Positions 52,698 through 63,438 are shown, counted from the first letter of the stretch. The stretch is 64,000 bases of DNA from Phycisphaerae bacterium (GCA_002709295.1 PAQL01000012.1:171717-235716); one strand, 5' to 3'. Numbers and translations are program-made. The notes: generated by a model from the sequence alone, not told the origin.

Positions 52698-52880
52698 TCG
52701 ATGAATCCGTCCGGGTGGGGATGACGGCGTGGCGATGCGAGGCTCGGATCGAACCGCGCAAATTTCCGACATCATACCCCGGCCGCCCGGGCCGTCACAG
52801 GCCCCGAGCGATCTATCGAACACTCATCCACGGTTCACGGGGTTGACGAATCCCCCCCTGAAAGACAGGCTTTCCTCCGC

Positions 52881-53654
52881 ATGCCCCCCACCCTCTGGAT
52901 CATCCTCCTCGCCGCCGCCATGGTCGGCATCCCGGCCATCCTCTGGACGGCCCGATCGCTCAGGGCCAGAATCGGGGGATCCGTGATGGTCGGACTCCTC
53001 GATCTGGTGAACATGGGGTACGTCCGCTGGTGGCACCGCCTGAAACTGGTCGGTTTCGACGACCTCCCCCCGCCCTTTCGGAAGGGGGACGTGGGGGCCG
53101 GGATCGTGGTCGCCAACCACAGTGCCGGGATCGACCCTCTCGTGGTCCAGGCCGGGATCCGAAGATTCATCCGCTGGATGATGTGGGCGGACATGATGCT
53201 CCCGGTCCTCGGATTCGTCTGGAAGGCCGCGAGGATCCTGCCCGTCAGCTACGGGAAGAAGGACACCACCACGGTTCGAGAAGCGATCCGGCACCTCAAA
53301 TCCGGAGGCCTGGTCGGGATCTTCCCCGAGGGCGCCATCACCCGGCCGCCGGGCGAGATCCGGCCGTTCCAGGCCGGAGTCGGGCTGGTCGCCAGGATGA
53401 GCAAGGCACCCGTGCTCCTGATCCACATCCACGACACGCCGTACACCCCCACCGCGTTCGGATCGGTCTTCCACCGGTCCCGGACCGTGGTCGAGGTGGT
53501 GGGAGTCTTCGATCTCAAGGATGTGAAGGATCCCGAGGCGGCGACCGCCCGACTGCACGAGGCCCTCGCCCAGCACTGCGGATGGCCCGTCAACGAGGAG
53601 AGCATCCTCGAGATGTGGCGGGAGAACCCTGACGAATACGAAGCTCCGGTCTGA
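52881..53654 (+). CDS. lysophospholipid (1-acyl-sn-glycerol-3-phosphate) acyltransferase family, PlsC-like
   Basis: N-terminal TM segment, the NHSAGID (HX4D) motif, and GIFPEGA. Confidence 0.8.
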   Translation: MPPTLWIILLAAAMVGIPAILWTARSLRARIGGSVMVGLLDLVNMGYVRWWHRLKLVGFDDLPPPFRKGDVGAGIVVANHSAGIDPLVVQAGIRRFIRWMMWADMMLPVLGFVWKAARILPVSYGKKDTTTVREAIRHLKSGGLVGIFPEGAITRPPGEIRPFQAGVGLVARMSKAPVLLIHIHDTPYTPTAFGSVFHRSRTVVEVVGVFDLKDVKDPEAATARLHEALAQHCGWPVNEESILEMWRENPDEYEAPV

Positions 53655-53688
53655 TCCTCTCGGGGCCTCCGGGGGGTACAGTCCTGAC

Positions 53689-54342
53689 ATGCTGGAGCGA
53701 ATCCGAGGCGACCTGCGAGAGGTTGGAGACCATGCCGCCACGGTGACGGTCGGGGACCTCGACTACGAGGTGCTGGTCCCGGCCGGCGATGCCGCGAGGC
53801 TGCGACTGTCCGTCGGTCAGCCGATCGAGTTCGTCCTCCTCCACTATCTGGAGAGCCAGTCCAACGGCGCCGTCTTCCGCCCCCGGCTCGTCGGTTTCAC
53901 CACGGAACACGATCGAGCCTTCTTCGAACTCCTCACCTCGGTCAAGGGGATCGGATACCGCAAGGCCCTCCGATCGCTGGCGATGCCGATCGCGACGGTG
54001 GCCAGGGCGGTCGCCGACAAGGACGTCGACACCCTTCGAGCCCTTCCCGAGATCGGCAAGCGGACCGCCGAGACGATCGTGCTCGACCTCTCCGAGAAGG
54101 TCGAGGCGATGCTGCCGGGACTCGCGGGACCGGAGTCGGGCGGCGGATCCGAGGACGCCCCTGAACCGACGGATGGCGCCGGCGACGCGGCCCGCGATGC
54201 GATCACGGTGCTGGTGCAGCTCGGCGAGAGCCGGATCGTCGCCGCCGAGCTGGTCGAACGCGCCCGGCGAGCGGATCCGTCCATCACCGAGGGAGACTCC
54301 CTCGTGGCGGCCGCCCTCCGCCTGAAGGAGATGGTCAGTTGA
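53689..54342 (+). CDS. ruvA: Holliday junction branch migration protein RuvA
   Basis: MLERIRGDL..., FELLTSVKGIGYRKAL, LPEIGKRTAETIVLDL (HhH motifs). Confidence 0.9.
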   Translation: MLERIRGDLREVGDHAATVTVGDLDYEVLVPAGDAARLRLSVGQPIEFVLLHYLESQSNGAVFRPRLVGFTTEHDRAFFELLTSVKGIGYRKALRSLAMPIATVARAVADKDVDTLRALPEIGKRTAETIVLDLSEKVEAMLPGLAGPESGGGSEDAPEPTDGAGDAARDAITVLVQLGESRIVAAELVERARRADPSITEGDSLVAAALRLKEMVS

Positions 54343-54379
54343 ATCCCCTCCCCGAACCACGCCAGGACAGGCCGACAGC

Positions 54380-55465
54380 ATGAGACACGCCATGATCATG
54401 GCCGGAGGATCCGGCACCCGTCTCTGGCCGGTCAGCAGATCCGACCGTCCGAAGCAGCTCGTGCCGCTGATCGCCGGGCGGAGTCTGCTCCAGGTCGCCA
54501 GCGATCGACTCGCGGGCGTGGTCGATCACGACCGGCGATGGATCTGCACCGGCGAACGATTCCGCTCCCAGGTTCGGGAGGCGATTCCCGGCATCGAAGA
54601 CGACCGGATCCTCGGCGAGCCCTGCGGGCGCGACACGCTCAACGCGGTGGGACTCACCGCGGCCGTGCTGGCGAAGCTCGATCCCGACGCGATCTTCTCG
54701 GTGCTGACCGCCGACCACCTGATCGAACCCCAGGACGTGTTCGCGGATCGACTCGATGCAGGCTTCCGACTGGTGGAGGAGGACCCGAGTCGTTTCACGA
54801 CCTTCGCCATCACGCCGACCCATCCCGCGACCGGATTCGGCTACGTGGAACGAGGGGATCCGATCCCGGGCCACGACGGCTGCTTCCGGGCCAGTCGCTT
54901 CGTCGAGAAGCCGGATCGGGAGACCGCGGAGGCCTACCTCGAGGCCGGGAACTTCGGCTGGAACAGCGGCATGTTCATCCTCCATGCCGCCACGGTGCTG
55001 GAGACCATCGGTCGCTTCCACCCGTCGACCGAGGAGGGACTCCGGCGCATCGCGGACGACTGGGGCACCCCGTCGCAGGCCGCGACCCTCGAGGCGATCT
55101 ATCCGGAACTCAAGAAGACCAGCGTCGACTACGGACTCATGGAGCCGGCATCTCGGGACGAGCAGGTCTCGATCGCGGTGGTGCCGATGGACCTCTCATG
55201 GATCGACGTCGGCAGCTGGCCGAGCCTCGGCGAGACGATCGAACCCGATGCCTCCGGCAACCGGATCGCGGAGGGTGCGACCAGCACCGATCTGGGCTCC
55301 CGGAACGTCCTGGTGTTCAGCAACGAGCCGGGACATCGGATCTGCACCATCGGGTGCGAGGATCTGGTCATCGTCCACACCGCCGACGCCACCCTCGTCT
55401 GCCGCGCCGAGGACGCCCAGAAGGTGAAGGACATGGCCGGTGCCGTCCCGGAGAACCTTCGTTGA
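54380..55465 (+). CDS. manC: mannose-1-phosphate guanylyltransferase
   Basis: IMAGGSGTRLWPVSRSDRPKQL, FGYVE, VEKPD, WNSGMF. Confidence 0.88.
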   Translation: MRHAMIMAGGSGTRLWPVSRSDRPKQLVPLIAGRSLLQVASDRLAGVVDHDRRWICTGERFRSQVREAIPGIEDDRILGEPCGRDTLNAVGLTAAVLAKLDPDAIFSVLTADHLIEPQDVFADRLDAGFRLVEEDPSRFTTFAITPTHPATGFGYVERGDPIPGHDGCFRASRFVEKPDRETAEAYLEAGNFGWNSGMFILHAATVLETIGRFHPSTEEGLRRIADDWGTPSQAATLEAIYPELKKTSVDYGLMEPASRDEQVSIAVVPMDLSWIDVGSWPSLGETIEPDASGNRIAEGATSTDLGSRNVLVFSNEPGHRICTIGCEDLVIVHTADATLVCRAEDAQKVKDMAGAVPENLR

Positions 55466-55478
55466 ACCGAGGCCGGCG

Positions 55479-55895
55479 ATGAGGATCGTCTCCGTCGATC
55501 TCGGTGACGTCCGCACCGGCCTGGCCGCCGGGGACGACGTGCTTCGAATCGTCCAGCCCCTGATGGTCATCGAGGAGCGTGACGAAGGTCGACGCCTCGA
55601 CCGGATCACCGGGGAGATCGAACGCCACGGAGCGGATCGGATCGTCGTGGGTCTTCCACTCAACATGGACGGGACCGAGGGGCCTCGAGCCGTCATGTCG
55701 CGGGCCTTCGGATCGCAACTCGCCGATCGCACCGGGCTTCCGGTCGAGTATCAGGACGAACGGCTGACCAGCTTCGAAGCCGACGAGTCCCTCAAGGGTT
55801 CGGGGCTCACCCGCAAGGGAAGAAAGCGGGTCCAGGACGCGATCGCCGCCGCCTCGATCCTCGAGGACTGGCTGGGCGATCACCCGGGCGACTGA
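55479..55895 (+). CDS. ruvX: Holliday junction resolvase-like RuvX/YqgF
   Basis: MRIVSVDLGDVRTGLA, IVVGLPLNMDGTEG, DERLTS. Confidence 0.88.
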   Translation: MRIVSVDLGDVRTGLAAGDDVLRIVQPLMVIEERDEGRRLDRITGEIERHGADRIVVGLPLNMDGTEGPRAVMSRAFGSQLADRTGLPVEYQDERLTSFEADESLKGSGLTRKGRKRVQDAIAAASILEDWLGDHPGD

Positions 55896-55906
55896 GATCC
55901 GCGGAT

Positions 55907-56689
55907 TCAGGCTCCGCAGGAGGCGCGGTCCAGATACCAGCCGAGTTCGCCGGAGTTCGGACGGATCCCCTTGCAGGGCAGGGTCTCGAATCCCTCGGTC
56001 CCCGTGGCGACGCGATGGATCATCTCCGCCTTCGATCCGCCGAGCACGTAGAAGGCGACGGCGCGGGCGGCGTTGAGCAACGGGTAGGTCATCGTCACCC
56101 TCGGCGGCGGCACCACGCTGGGCCCGTCGTTGTCGACGACCCATCGCACCTCCTCGTTCAAGGCCGGCGTGTGCGGAAAGAGGCTTGCGGTGTGTCCGTC
56201 GGGACCCATGCCCAGAAGCACGAAGTCGAGGCGGCCTCGATCCGGATCGCCGGGCGAGCCGCCGAAGGCGAGGACCTCCCGGAGTTCCTTCTCGTAATCC
56301 GCCGCGGCGGATTCCCGGTCGACGGGGATCGGATGGGCGTTCGACGCCGGCAGATCCGAGTGTTCGACGATGAGTTCGTTGATGTGCTTGAAGTTGTTCT
56401 GGTCGCTGTCGAACGGCGCCCGCCGCTCATCGACGATCCAGACGTGCGTCCGGGTCCAGGGCATCTCCCTGAACAGCGGGTCGATCATCAGCCTGCGATA
56501 GAACGGCATCGGCGTCCCGCCGCCGGACAGGGCGAGATGGAAGATCCCCCGTCGGCTCACGGCCTGCTTCGCCGACACGAGCAGATCCCGCCCCAGATGT
56601 TCCTGGGCGTCCTCCTCGTCGGCTCCGACGCTCACCCCTCCGGGCAGGGAGGGGACCTCGAATCCGCTCGGCTCGATCTCGTAGCTCAT
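55907..56689 (-). CDS. pgl: 6-phosphogluconolactonase
   Basis: LALSGGGTP, HVWIVDERRAP, LLGMGPDGHTASLFP. ATGA overlap with the zwf stop. Confidence 0.9.
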   Translation of the reverse strand: MSYEIEPSGFEVPSLPGGVSVGADEEDAQEHLGRDLLVSAKQAVSRRGIFHLALSGGGTPMPFYRRLMIDPLFREMPWTRTHVWIVDERRAPFDSDQNNFKHINELIVEHSDLPASNAHPIPVDRESAAADYEKELREVLAFGGSPGDPDRGRLDFVLLGMGPDGHTASLFPHTPALNEEVRWVVDNDGPSVVPPPRVTMTYPLLNAARAVAFYVLGGSKAEMIHRVATGTEGFETLPCKGIRPNSGELGWYLDRASCGA

Positions 56690-58230
56690 GAACGTTCCTC
56701 CTCGTACCAGCGTCGACCATGCCGGGCCAGAAGCTCGCGGGACGACTCCGGTCCCCAGCTCCCCGGCCCGTAGTTGTCCTTGATCCCCGCGCGGGCCACA
56801 GCGCTTCGATCGTCGAGAAACGGCATGACCGCATCCCAGGCGCTCTCCACCTCGATCCGACTCTTGAACAGCGTCTGATCGCCCCGCATGGCATCGATGA
56901 TGAGCGGCCCGTAGGCCTCGACCACCGGTTCGTCGGGATCACGGTCCAGGGCCGCGACCATGTCGATGGGATCGACCCGGATGCCCAGCCCCGGCCGCTT
57001 GGTCTCGAAGCGAAGCGACAGTTCCTCGTGGGGGGCGACCGTGAAGACGAGACGGTTCGGTTCCAGTCGCCCGGCATCCGCGGTGATGGGCAGCTTGCGG
57101 AACAGGTTCGCCGCCGGAGGCTTGAACTGGATCACCACCTCGGTCCGCTTCTCCGCGAGCCTCTTCCCGCTTCGAAGATAGAACGGCGTTCCCGCCCATC
57201 GCCAGTTCTGGAACTGCAGCTGGAGCGCGGCGAAGGTCTCGGTCGTCGATCCCGGGGCCACTCCTTCGCTCCCGGCGTAACCCGGATCGCCGTCCTCGCC
57301 CGGTCCGTACTGGCCGAGGGCGCAGAACTCCGCGACCCGGTCCGCGGGCGTGGGAACGATCGCATCGGTCACCTTGACCTTCTCGTTGCGGATGTGCTCC
57401 GGGGTGTAGTCGGTCGGAGGCTCCATCGCCACGAAGGCGAGCACCTGGAAGAGGTGGGACTGGATCATGTCGCGGATCGCACCGGTCTGATCGTAGAAGG
57501 CGGTGCGCTGCCCCACCCCCACGGTCTCCGCCGCGCTGATCTGCACGTGATCGATGTACTGCTGGTTCCAGACCGGTTCCCAGAGGATGTTGGCGAAGCG
57601 GAACACCAGAAGGCTCTGGATCACCTCCTTGGCGAGGTAGTGGTCGATCCGGTAGATCGACTCCTCCTCGAAGGCCCGGCCGAGGGTGCGGTTCAGCGCC
57701 CTCGCGGACTGATCGTTCTCACCGAACGGCTTCTCCACGATGATCCGCTGCCAGCTCGCCTTGGAGGGCTCGAGGCTGCACCATCGCTTCCCCTCGACCA
57801 CGAGACCGGCCAGATCGATCCTCTGGACGATGGGTTCGTAGAGGGAGCTCGCGACACTCAGGAAGAAGAGGAGGTTCCCGCAGGTGCCGGCCTCGGTGTC
57901 GATGCCCGCGATCCGGGTTCCGACCGCGGCCATGCCCTCCTCGGTGGTCGCATCGGCCGACTGGTAGTGGATCCGCCCGGCGAGATCCCGCCAGATCGAC
58001 TCGTCCATGTCCGGATTGTGCTTCCGGACCCATGGCTCGAGCTCCTCCCTCCACTGGTCGTCGGTCTTCTCGCGACGGGCCACCCCGAGGATCCTCGTCT
58101 CCTTCGGGAGCAGACCGGCCCTGGCCATCTCGTACATCGCGGGGACGAGCTTCCGGGCGGTGAGATCGCCGGAGGCGCCGAAGATGACGAAGATGCAGGG
58201 GTCGACGGTCTGGAAGGTGCTGGTCATCAT
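56686..58230 (-). CDS. zwf: glucose-6-phosphate dehydrogenase
   Basis: ATG 58230. FVIFGASGDLTARKL, RIDHYLAKE, EKPFG. Confidence 0.95.
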   Translation of the reverse strand: MMTSTFQTVDPCIFVIFGASGDLTARKLVPAMYEMARAGLLPKETRILGVARREKTDDQWREELEPWVRKHNPDMDESIWRDLAGRIHYQSADATTEEGMAAVGTRIAGIDTEAGTCGNLLFFLSVASSLYEPIVQRIDLAGLVVEGKRWCSLEPSKASWQRIIVEKPFGENDQSARALNRTLGRAFEEESIYRIDHYLAKEVIQSLLVFRFANILWEPVWNQQYIDHVQISAAETVGVGQRTAFYDQTGAIRDMIQSHLFQVLAFVAMEPPTDYTPEHIRNEKVKVTDAIVPTPADRVAEFCALGQYGPGEDGDPGYAGSEGVAPGSTTETFAALQLQFQNWRWAGTPFYLRSGKRLAEKRTEVVIQFKPPAANLFRKLPITADAGRLEPNRLVFTVAPHEELSLRFETKRPGLGIRVDPIDMVAALDRDPDEPVVEAYGPLIIDAMRGDQTLFKSRIEVESAWDAVMPFLDDRSAVARAGIKDNYGPGSWGPESSRELLARHGRRWYEEERS

Positions 58231-58259
58231 GCGATCGGGAGTCCGAGTGGGCTCGATGT

Positions 58260-59087
58260 TCACTGGGAGGGTGGATCGACTTCCGCGAGCATCCCGGCCA
58301 GAGCCTTGCCGGGATCGTCCTCCCGCATCAGATGCTCGCCGACCAGGGCGATGTTGATCCCGTGCGAACGCAGACGCCCGAGATCCTCCCCGGTGCGGAT
58401 GCCGGATTCGCTGACCAGCACCCTCGGGTCCTCGACCAGATCGAGCATCCGGAAGGTGTGGGCGAGGTCGGTGGTCATCGAACCGAGATCGCGGTTGTTG
58501 ATCCCGAGCAGGGAGTAGCCCGCGTGCGGGAATCCGACGTGATTCAGCATGCGGCAGAGATTGTCCACGGAGTGGACCTCGACCAGCGTGGTCATGCCGA
58601 GTTCGGTCGCGAGGATCTGAAGGTCGATCACCTGGCCCTCGCTGAGACACTCGGCGATCAGCAGGATCGCATCGGCGCCCGCGGCCCGGGATTCCCAGAC
58701 CTGGTACTCGTCGATGATGAAGTCCTTCCGCAGCACGGGAAGCGGCACGCGATCCTTGATGCGCTGGATGAAGGAGAGATCCCCTCCGAAGTAATGCCCG
58801 TCGGTCAGGCAGCTGATCGCCGCCGCACCGCCCGAGTGGTAGCGTCCGGCGATGTCCGCCGGATCGAAATCCTCCCGGATCACTCCTGCCGAGGGGCTCT
58901 TGCGCTTCACTTCCGCGATCACCCGGAAGGTCTTCGGATCGCGGTCGGCGACGACGGCCCGAAAGAAGTTCCTCGGCCGCTCGACCTCCGGGATCCGGGA
59001 CTTGATCGACTCCAGGGGGGTGATCGCCCGGGCCTTCTCCACCTCGACCCGCTTCCGGGCAACGATTTCGTCGAGCACGCTGGACAT
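58260..59087 (-). CDS. trpC: indole-3-glycerol phosphate synthase
   Basis: ATG 59087: MSSVLDEIVARKRVEV, VIAEVKRKSPSAG, LRKDFIIDEYQ, GINNRDL. Confidence 0.93.
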   Translation of the reverse strand: MSSVLDEIVARKRVEVEKARAITPLESIKSRIPEVERPRNFFRAVVADRDPKTFRVIAEVKRKSPSAGVIREDFDPADIAGRYHSGGAAAISCLTDGHYFGGDLSFIQRIKDRVPLPVLRKDFIIDEYQVWESRAAGADAILLIAECLSEGQVIDLQILATELGMTTLVEVHSVDNLCRMLNHVGFPHAGYSLLGINNRDLGSMTTDLAHTFRMLDLVEDPRVLVSESGIRTGEDLGRLRSHGINIALVGEHLMREDDPGKALAGMLAEVDPPSQ

Positions 59088-59163
59088 TGGCAGGCAGGAA
59101 CCCGGGCGGGAGGAGCGGCGAGAAACGGGGACGGACACGAGGACGATCCTGAAGATCGCCGCA

Positions 59164-60072
59164 ATGCTCACTGGATTGCTGGCGATGCCGAGGATTCTAC
59201 TCGCGGATGACGCAGCGGCTCCCGAGAGCGGGCTCACCCTCCTTGAAGTCGTGTCGATCGCCTCGTGGGTGCTCGCACCCCTCTCGGTTCTGGTCCTCGT
59301 CCGGATGCGGTTCTGGTCGCGATTCGTCCCACCCGCCGGCCCGCTCCCGACCCCATGGAGGTTGTCCGCCACCATGGGACTCGGGCTCTATCTCGCAAGC
59401 ATCTTCCTGGGCGCGGCGGGAGCCCACCTGGCCGGCCGGCTCGTTCCGGAGGACGCCGGCCTGGTCCTTCGATCCGCGGGCATGATGTGGGGCATGGTCC
59501 TGGGCACGACGGTGGCCGCCTTCCTCGGCGCACTGGCGTGGACGAGTCGGCGGCAGCCGGAGGGTTCGGGGCCTCTGGTCGACCTTCGCACCTCCATGCT
59601 GGCGGCCTGCTTCGCGGCCGCCCTCCTGATCCCGATGGTCCAGGCGACCTCGTCGCTCGGCCAGTGGCTGCAGAACCTGATCACCGGGGCCGAGCCCTCT
59701 CCACTGGGACACGAGACCCTTCGACTCATGGCGGACTCGACCGGGACGCCCGCCTGGTGGCTCATGGCCACCGCCGCGGTGATCGGAGCGCCGTTCATCG
59801 AGGAGGTCGTGTACCGGGGATTTCTCCAGCAATCGATCCGGAAGGTGGGCCTGGGACCGATCTGGGCCTCGATCCTGGTGGGAGGATTCTTCGCCCTCAT
59901 GCACGTCTCCGCCCTTCCGGCGGACACCAGGATCGCGGGGCTCTCCGGCCTGCTGGTCCTCGGCGTCGGACTCGGCCTGCTCCGGGAATGGACCGGGCGA
60001 CTGGACGCCTGCATCCTGGTGCATGCGATATTCAACGTCTTCAATCTGCTCCTCGCCATGACGGTCGAATGA
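59164..60072 (+). CDS. CPBP family intramembrane glutamic endopeptidase (CAAX protease-like)
   Basis: APFIEEVVYRGFLQ, FALMHV, LVHAIFNVFN, multiple TM helices. The start at ATG 59164 is uncertain. Confidence 0.8.
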   Translation: MLTGLLAMPRILLADDAAAPESGLTLLEVVSIASWVLAPLSVLVLVRMRFWSRFVPPAGPLPTPWRLSATMGLGLYLASIFLGAAGAHLAGRLVPEDAGLVLRSAGMMWGMVLGTTVAAFLGALAWTSRRQPEGSGPLVDLRTSMLAACFAAALLIPMVQATSSLGQWLQNLITGAEPSPLGHETLRLMADSTGTPAWWLMATAAVIGAPFIEEVVYRGFLQQSIRKVGLGPIWASILVGGFFALMHVSALPADTRIAGLSGLLVLGVGLGLLREWTGRLDACILVHAIFNVFNLLLAMTVE

Positions 60073-60130
60073 TGCGATCCGGTACCCTCTCCCTGCACCC
60101 TCCTCACGAAGACCGGACGAACCCCACCCC

Positions 60131-61192
60131 ATGTCCGAACGCCCCCGCATCCTGACCGGCGACACCCCCACCGGAAAGCTCCACCTCGGCCACTGGGTCG
60201 GATCGGTGAAGCGGCGAGTCGAGCTCCAGGACAGCCACGACTGCTTCTTCATCATCGCGAACATGCATGCGTTCACCACGCGCTCCGACAAGCCCGGGGA
60301 GATCCGCGAGGACACCCTTGGCATCGTCCGCGACCTCGTGGCGATGGGCGTCGATCCGGAGCGGTCCGCGATCTTCCTCCAGAGCGAGGTGCCCGCGATC
60401 GCGGAGCTGACCTTCCTCTTCGCGATGCTGCTTCCCTACAACCGGGTGATGCGCAACCCGACCCTCAAGGACGAGATCAAGGTCAAGAACCTCGGCGACA
60501 CCTACTCCTTCGGCTTCCCGCTCTACGCGGTCGGCCAGACCGCGGACATCCTCGCCTTCCGCCCGGTCGGCGTTCCGGTGGGCGAGGACCAGGTCCCCCA
60601 CCTCGAACTCACCCGCGAGGTCGCCCGCCGCTTCAATCAGATGTACTGCGGAGTGGGCGACAAGGTCGAGGACGATCACCACGTCGCGGAGGGCGGGGTC
60701 TTCCCCGTGCCTCGCGCCGACGTCGGCAGGGTGGGACGACTCGTCGGCATCGACGGCGACAACAAGATGAGCAAGTCGCTCAACAACGCCGTCTTCATCT
60801 CCGACACCGCCAAGCAGGTGCAGAAGAAGATCAACAAGATCTACACCGGCCGCCAGAGTCCCACCGAACCCGGTGATCCGAACAACGTGCTGATGCAGTA
60901 CTGCGAGATCTTCATCCCCGACGCGGATCGGGTCGCCGAGATCAAGGACCAGTACGCCCGTGGCGCCGACATCGGCGACGGCCACATCAAGCAGGAACTC
61001 GGTGCGGCCATCAACGAGATGCTCGAACCCATGCGGGAACGGCGGGCCGGAATCGAGGGTGATGATGCGACGGTCATCGACATCCTGAAGTCGGGCACCA
61101 GCCGGGCCAACGCGATCGCCGAGGAGACCCTCGAGATGGCGAAGGAGGCGTCCGGACTGGGCTACTTCAAGCGCCGGCTGGATCTCGGTTGA
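60131..61192 (+). CDS. trpS: tryptophan--tRNA ligase
   Basis: TGKLHLGHWVG (HIGH) and KMSKSLNN (KMSKS). Confidence 0.95.
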   Translation: MSERPRILTGDTPTGKLHLGHWVGSVKRRVELQDSHDCFFIIANMHAFTTRSDKPGEIREDTLGIVRDLVAMGVDPERSAIFLQSEVPAIAELTFLFAMLLPYNRVMRNPTLKDEIKVKNLGDTYSFGFPLYAVGQTADILAFRPVGVPVGEDQVPHLELTREVARRFNQMYCGVGDKVEDDHHVAEGGVFPVPRADVGRVGRLVGIDGDNKMSKSLNNAVFISDTAKQVQKKINKIYTGRQSPTEPGDPNNVLMQYCEIFIPDADRVAEIKDQYARGADIGDGHIKQELGAAINEMLEPMRERRAGIEGDDATVIDILKSGTSRANAIAEETLEMAKEASGLGYFKRRLDLG

Positions 61193-61482
61193 TGCTGCTC
61201 AGAATCGGTTTCGCGATTCTGGCCACGATCCTGCTTCTGCCCTGCCTCGGGTTCGGCGTCATCGGCTACTTCCATGCCAGCGGAGAATCCAACGATCCCT
61301 TCTGGATCTACGGCTATCTCGCCCTCGACATCATCCTGCTGGGAGCCATCGTGGCCGCCTGGCTGGGACCGTTTCTCTGGTTCAAGCCGGGAGAACCCGG
61401 CTGCTGCGAGGAATGCGGACAGGATCTCGGGCCGGAGCCGGCCCCTCGATGCCCCGAGTGCGGACGGCCGAACGCCGACTGA
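61192..61482 (+). CDS. small membrane protein with C-terminal zinc ribbon (96 aa)
   Basis: Two hydrophobic helices, then CCEECGQDLGPEPAPRCPECG. ATG 61192 shares one nt with the trpS TGA. The track start at 61189 is TTG. Confidence 0.55.
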   Translation: MLLRIGFAILATILLLPCLGFGVIGYFHASGESNDPFWIYGYLALDIILLGAIVAAWLGPFLWFKPGEPGCCEECGQDLGPEPAPRCPECGRPNAD

Positions 61483-61534
61483 ACCGGTTTCAGTCCACCC
61501 CTGCGAAGGATCCCGGTCCGGGAGCCTTTCCGGC

Positions 61535-62257
61535 TCAGAAGGCGAAGAGGAAGTCCAGCACCTCGGCGATGAAGCCGCGCTGCGTGGTTCCCTCCACCGG
61601 TCCGGTGTGCTTCTTGTCGATCTTCAGATCGGAGATCTGGTTGGAGAGCACCGAGTCGTTGGCGGTGATCCACTTGGGGTTCACGACGCCGGAAAGCGTG
61701 ATCTCGGTCTGATCGCCGCTCCAGTTGCGCACCACCCTCGCCTCGATCACGAGGTTGCCGTTGGGCTTGACCTCGACGACCTTCGCCGTGAATCGATCCG
61801 ACATCTCGTCCTTGCGCTGGTACCGACCCTGACCCTCGAACTCCTTCTCGCCCCCGATCTCCACTCCGGGAAGTCCGGAATTCGAGGTCGGGCTGAAGAC
61901 GAAGCTGCCCAGGTTGAAGCTGGAGAACTCCCCGACCTCCGCCTTGGCGAGGCCCTCCTTGTCGAGCTGGCGACGCTGGTCGATCTTCTCGGTGCTCTGC
62001 TCGATGACCACCACCTGGATCAGATCCTCGGCGGCCCAGTCCCGCGAGCGGGGCAGCTGGGAGTACCGGACCGCGCCGCCGTTCCTGCTCCGGGCCTGCA
62101 TCAGCGGGCTCTGCGCCGCCAGGCCGTTCCGCTCGGCGGACTGATCGCCGCCCGGAAGCACGAGGGGCAGTGCGTCCTGGGCCGATGCGACGGCGGTGAG
62201 GGCGAGGCATCCCAGGGAGACGTGAAGGAATCGACGGATGGTGGACTGGAAAGGCAT
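61535..62257 (-). CDS. flgH: flagellar basal-body L-ring protein
   Basis: ATG 62257. LIQVVVIEQSTEKID, VVEVKPNGNLVIEA, SGVVNPKWITANDSVLSNQISDLKI, C-terminal FLFAF. Confidence 0.88.
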   Translation of the reverse strand: MPFQSTIRRFLHVSLGCLALTAVASAQDALPLVLPGGDQSAERNGLAAQSPLMQARSRNGGAVRYSQLPRSRDWAAEDLIQVVVIEQSTEKIDQRRQLDKEGLAKAEVGEFSSFNLGSFVFSPTSNSGLPGVEIGGEKEFEGQGRYQRKDEMSDRFTAKVVEVKPNGNLVIEARVVRNWSGDQTEITLSGVVNPKWITANDSVLSNQISDLKIDKKHTGPVEGTTQRGFIAEVLDFLFAF

Positions 62258-62286
62258 GTTTCTTTTCCTCGGTCTGGGACCGCTGG

Positions 62287-63387
62287 TCAGAGGATGGACT
62301 TGACTTCGGCCAGATTCGGCCCGACGACACGAGCCAGCATCGACTCCCCGGATGTCGTCCTGCACTTCACGACGTCGCCGATGCATCCGTCCTGGAGGCA
62401 CTCGACGAGACAGCTGAATTCGTGACCGTCGATGACGGATCGGATCATGATCATCGCACCGCGATCGACGATCTTCTCCGGCTCGAGCACGGAGGAGAGG
62501 ATCGGATCGCCGGCGGACACTCCGAGGCGGGCCTTCCGGCCGGCGATCGCCGAGGGATCGAGGATCGTCTCGGACGGACGGACCACTCGGGCCTCGATCC
62601 GGATGTCCCGCTCGTTCTCCTCGATGCGTCGCCCCTTGCGGATGTCGCGGGCGGCGACGGGGACGATCCTCATGACGCCGATGTTCACCCGGCAGTGGAG
62701 TGATCGCCAACCCCCGCCGGGCCGACGCTCCTTGATGCGGAGCAGGACGCTGTCCCAGGGTCGTTCGACGTCCGTCCGGTGATCATCCACCACCGAGGCC
62801 CGGATCTCGATCGCATCGGAGGCCGACAGCTCGAGGACCGTGCGGTCGACCTCGAGGAAGAGACGATCCGGATCGGACTCCAGGACGCCGACCTCGTTCA
62901 GGATCAGCTCGGCGATCTGCCGTTCGAGGGTTCCCTCCGGCCGATTCCGCCATTCGCCGACCGGTCTGAATCCCGACCCGGATCCCGCGTCGACCGCGGC
63001 ATGCCGCGAGGCCGGAGCCGACGGCGAGTTCGCCCCGCCGCTCGAGGACCGGCCGGAGGCAGCGGGTCGGACCGCGACCGAACCACCGCTGAGTTCGACT
63101 CTCGACCATTCGATGCCCGCGTCCTCCAGAAGTTCACGGATCTCGCCGATCGTCACCCTGGCCACGCGGTCGGTTCCGGCCCCGGCGGGAAGCACCACCA
63201 GACGACGGAAACCGTCGGCGTGCTCCCCTTCGAGGCGGGCGACGTCTCCGAGTCGGACCGGCTGATCCGCGAAGGGTCGTCGGATCGACCGCCGCAGCTC
63301 GATCCGGTCGGCGAAGGCCGAGCCGGTCGCGGCGAGGGTCGCGATGCCGGTGACGAGGATGATCAGGATTCGTTGAAGGCTGCTCAC
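62287..63387 (-). CDS. flgA: flagellar basal-body P-ring formation chaperone FlgA (long form, 366 aa)
   Basis: Signal peptide. C-terminal SAF/FlgA domain (VAARDIRKGRRI...AGDPILSSVLEPEKIVDRGAMI...IGDVVKCRTTSG). GTG start. Confidence 0.75.
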   Translation of the reverse strand: MSSLQRILIILVTGIATLAATGSAFADRIELRRSIRRPFADQPVRLGDVARLEGEHADGFRRLVVLPAGAGTDRVARVTIGEIRELLEDAGIEWSRVELSGGSVAVRPAASGRSSSGGANSPSAPASRHAAVDAGSGSGFRPVGEWRNRPEGTLERQIAELILNEVGVLESDPDRLFLEVDRTVLELSASDAIEIRASVVDDHRTDVERPWDSVLLRIKERRPGGGWRSLHCRVNIGVMRIVPVAARDIRKGRRIEENERDIRIEARVVRPSETILDPSAIAGRKARLGVSAGDPILSSVLEPEKIVDRGAMIMIRSVIDGHEFSCLVECLQDGCIGDVVKCRTTSGESMLARVVGPNLAEVKSIL

Positions 63388-63438
63388 GAGTCGGTCTCCG
63401 ACGCGGACTCTGGAACGGAAGGACGGCGGGCCGCGGGA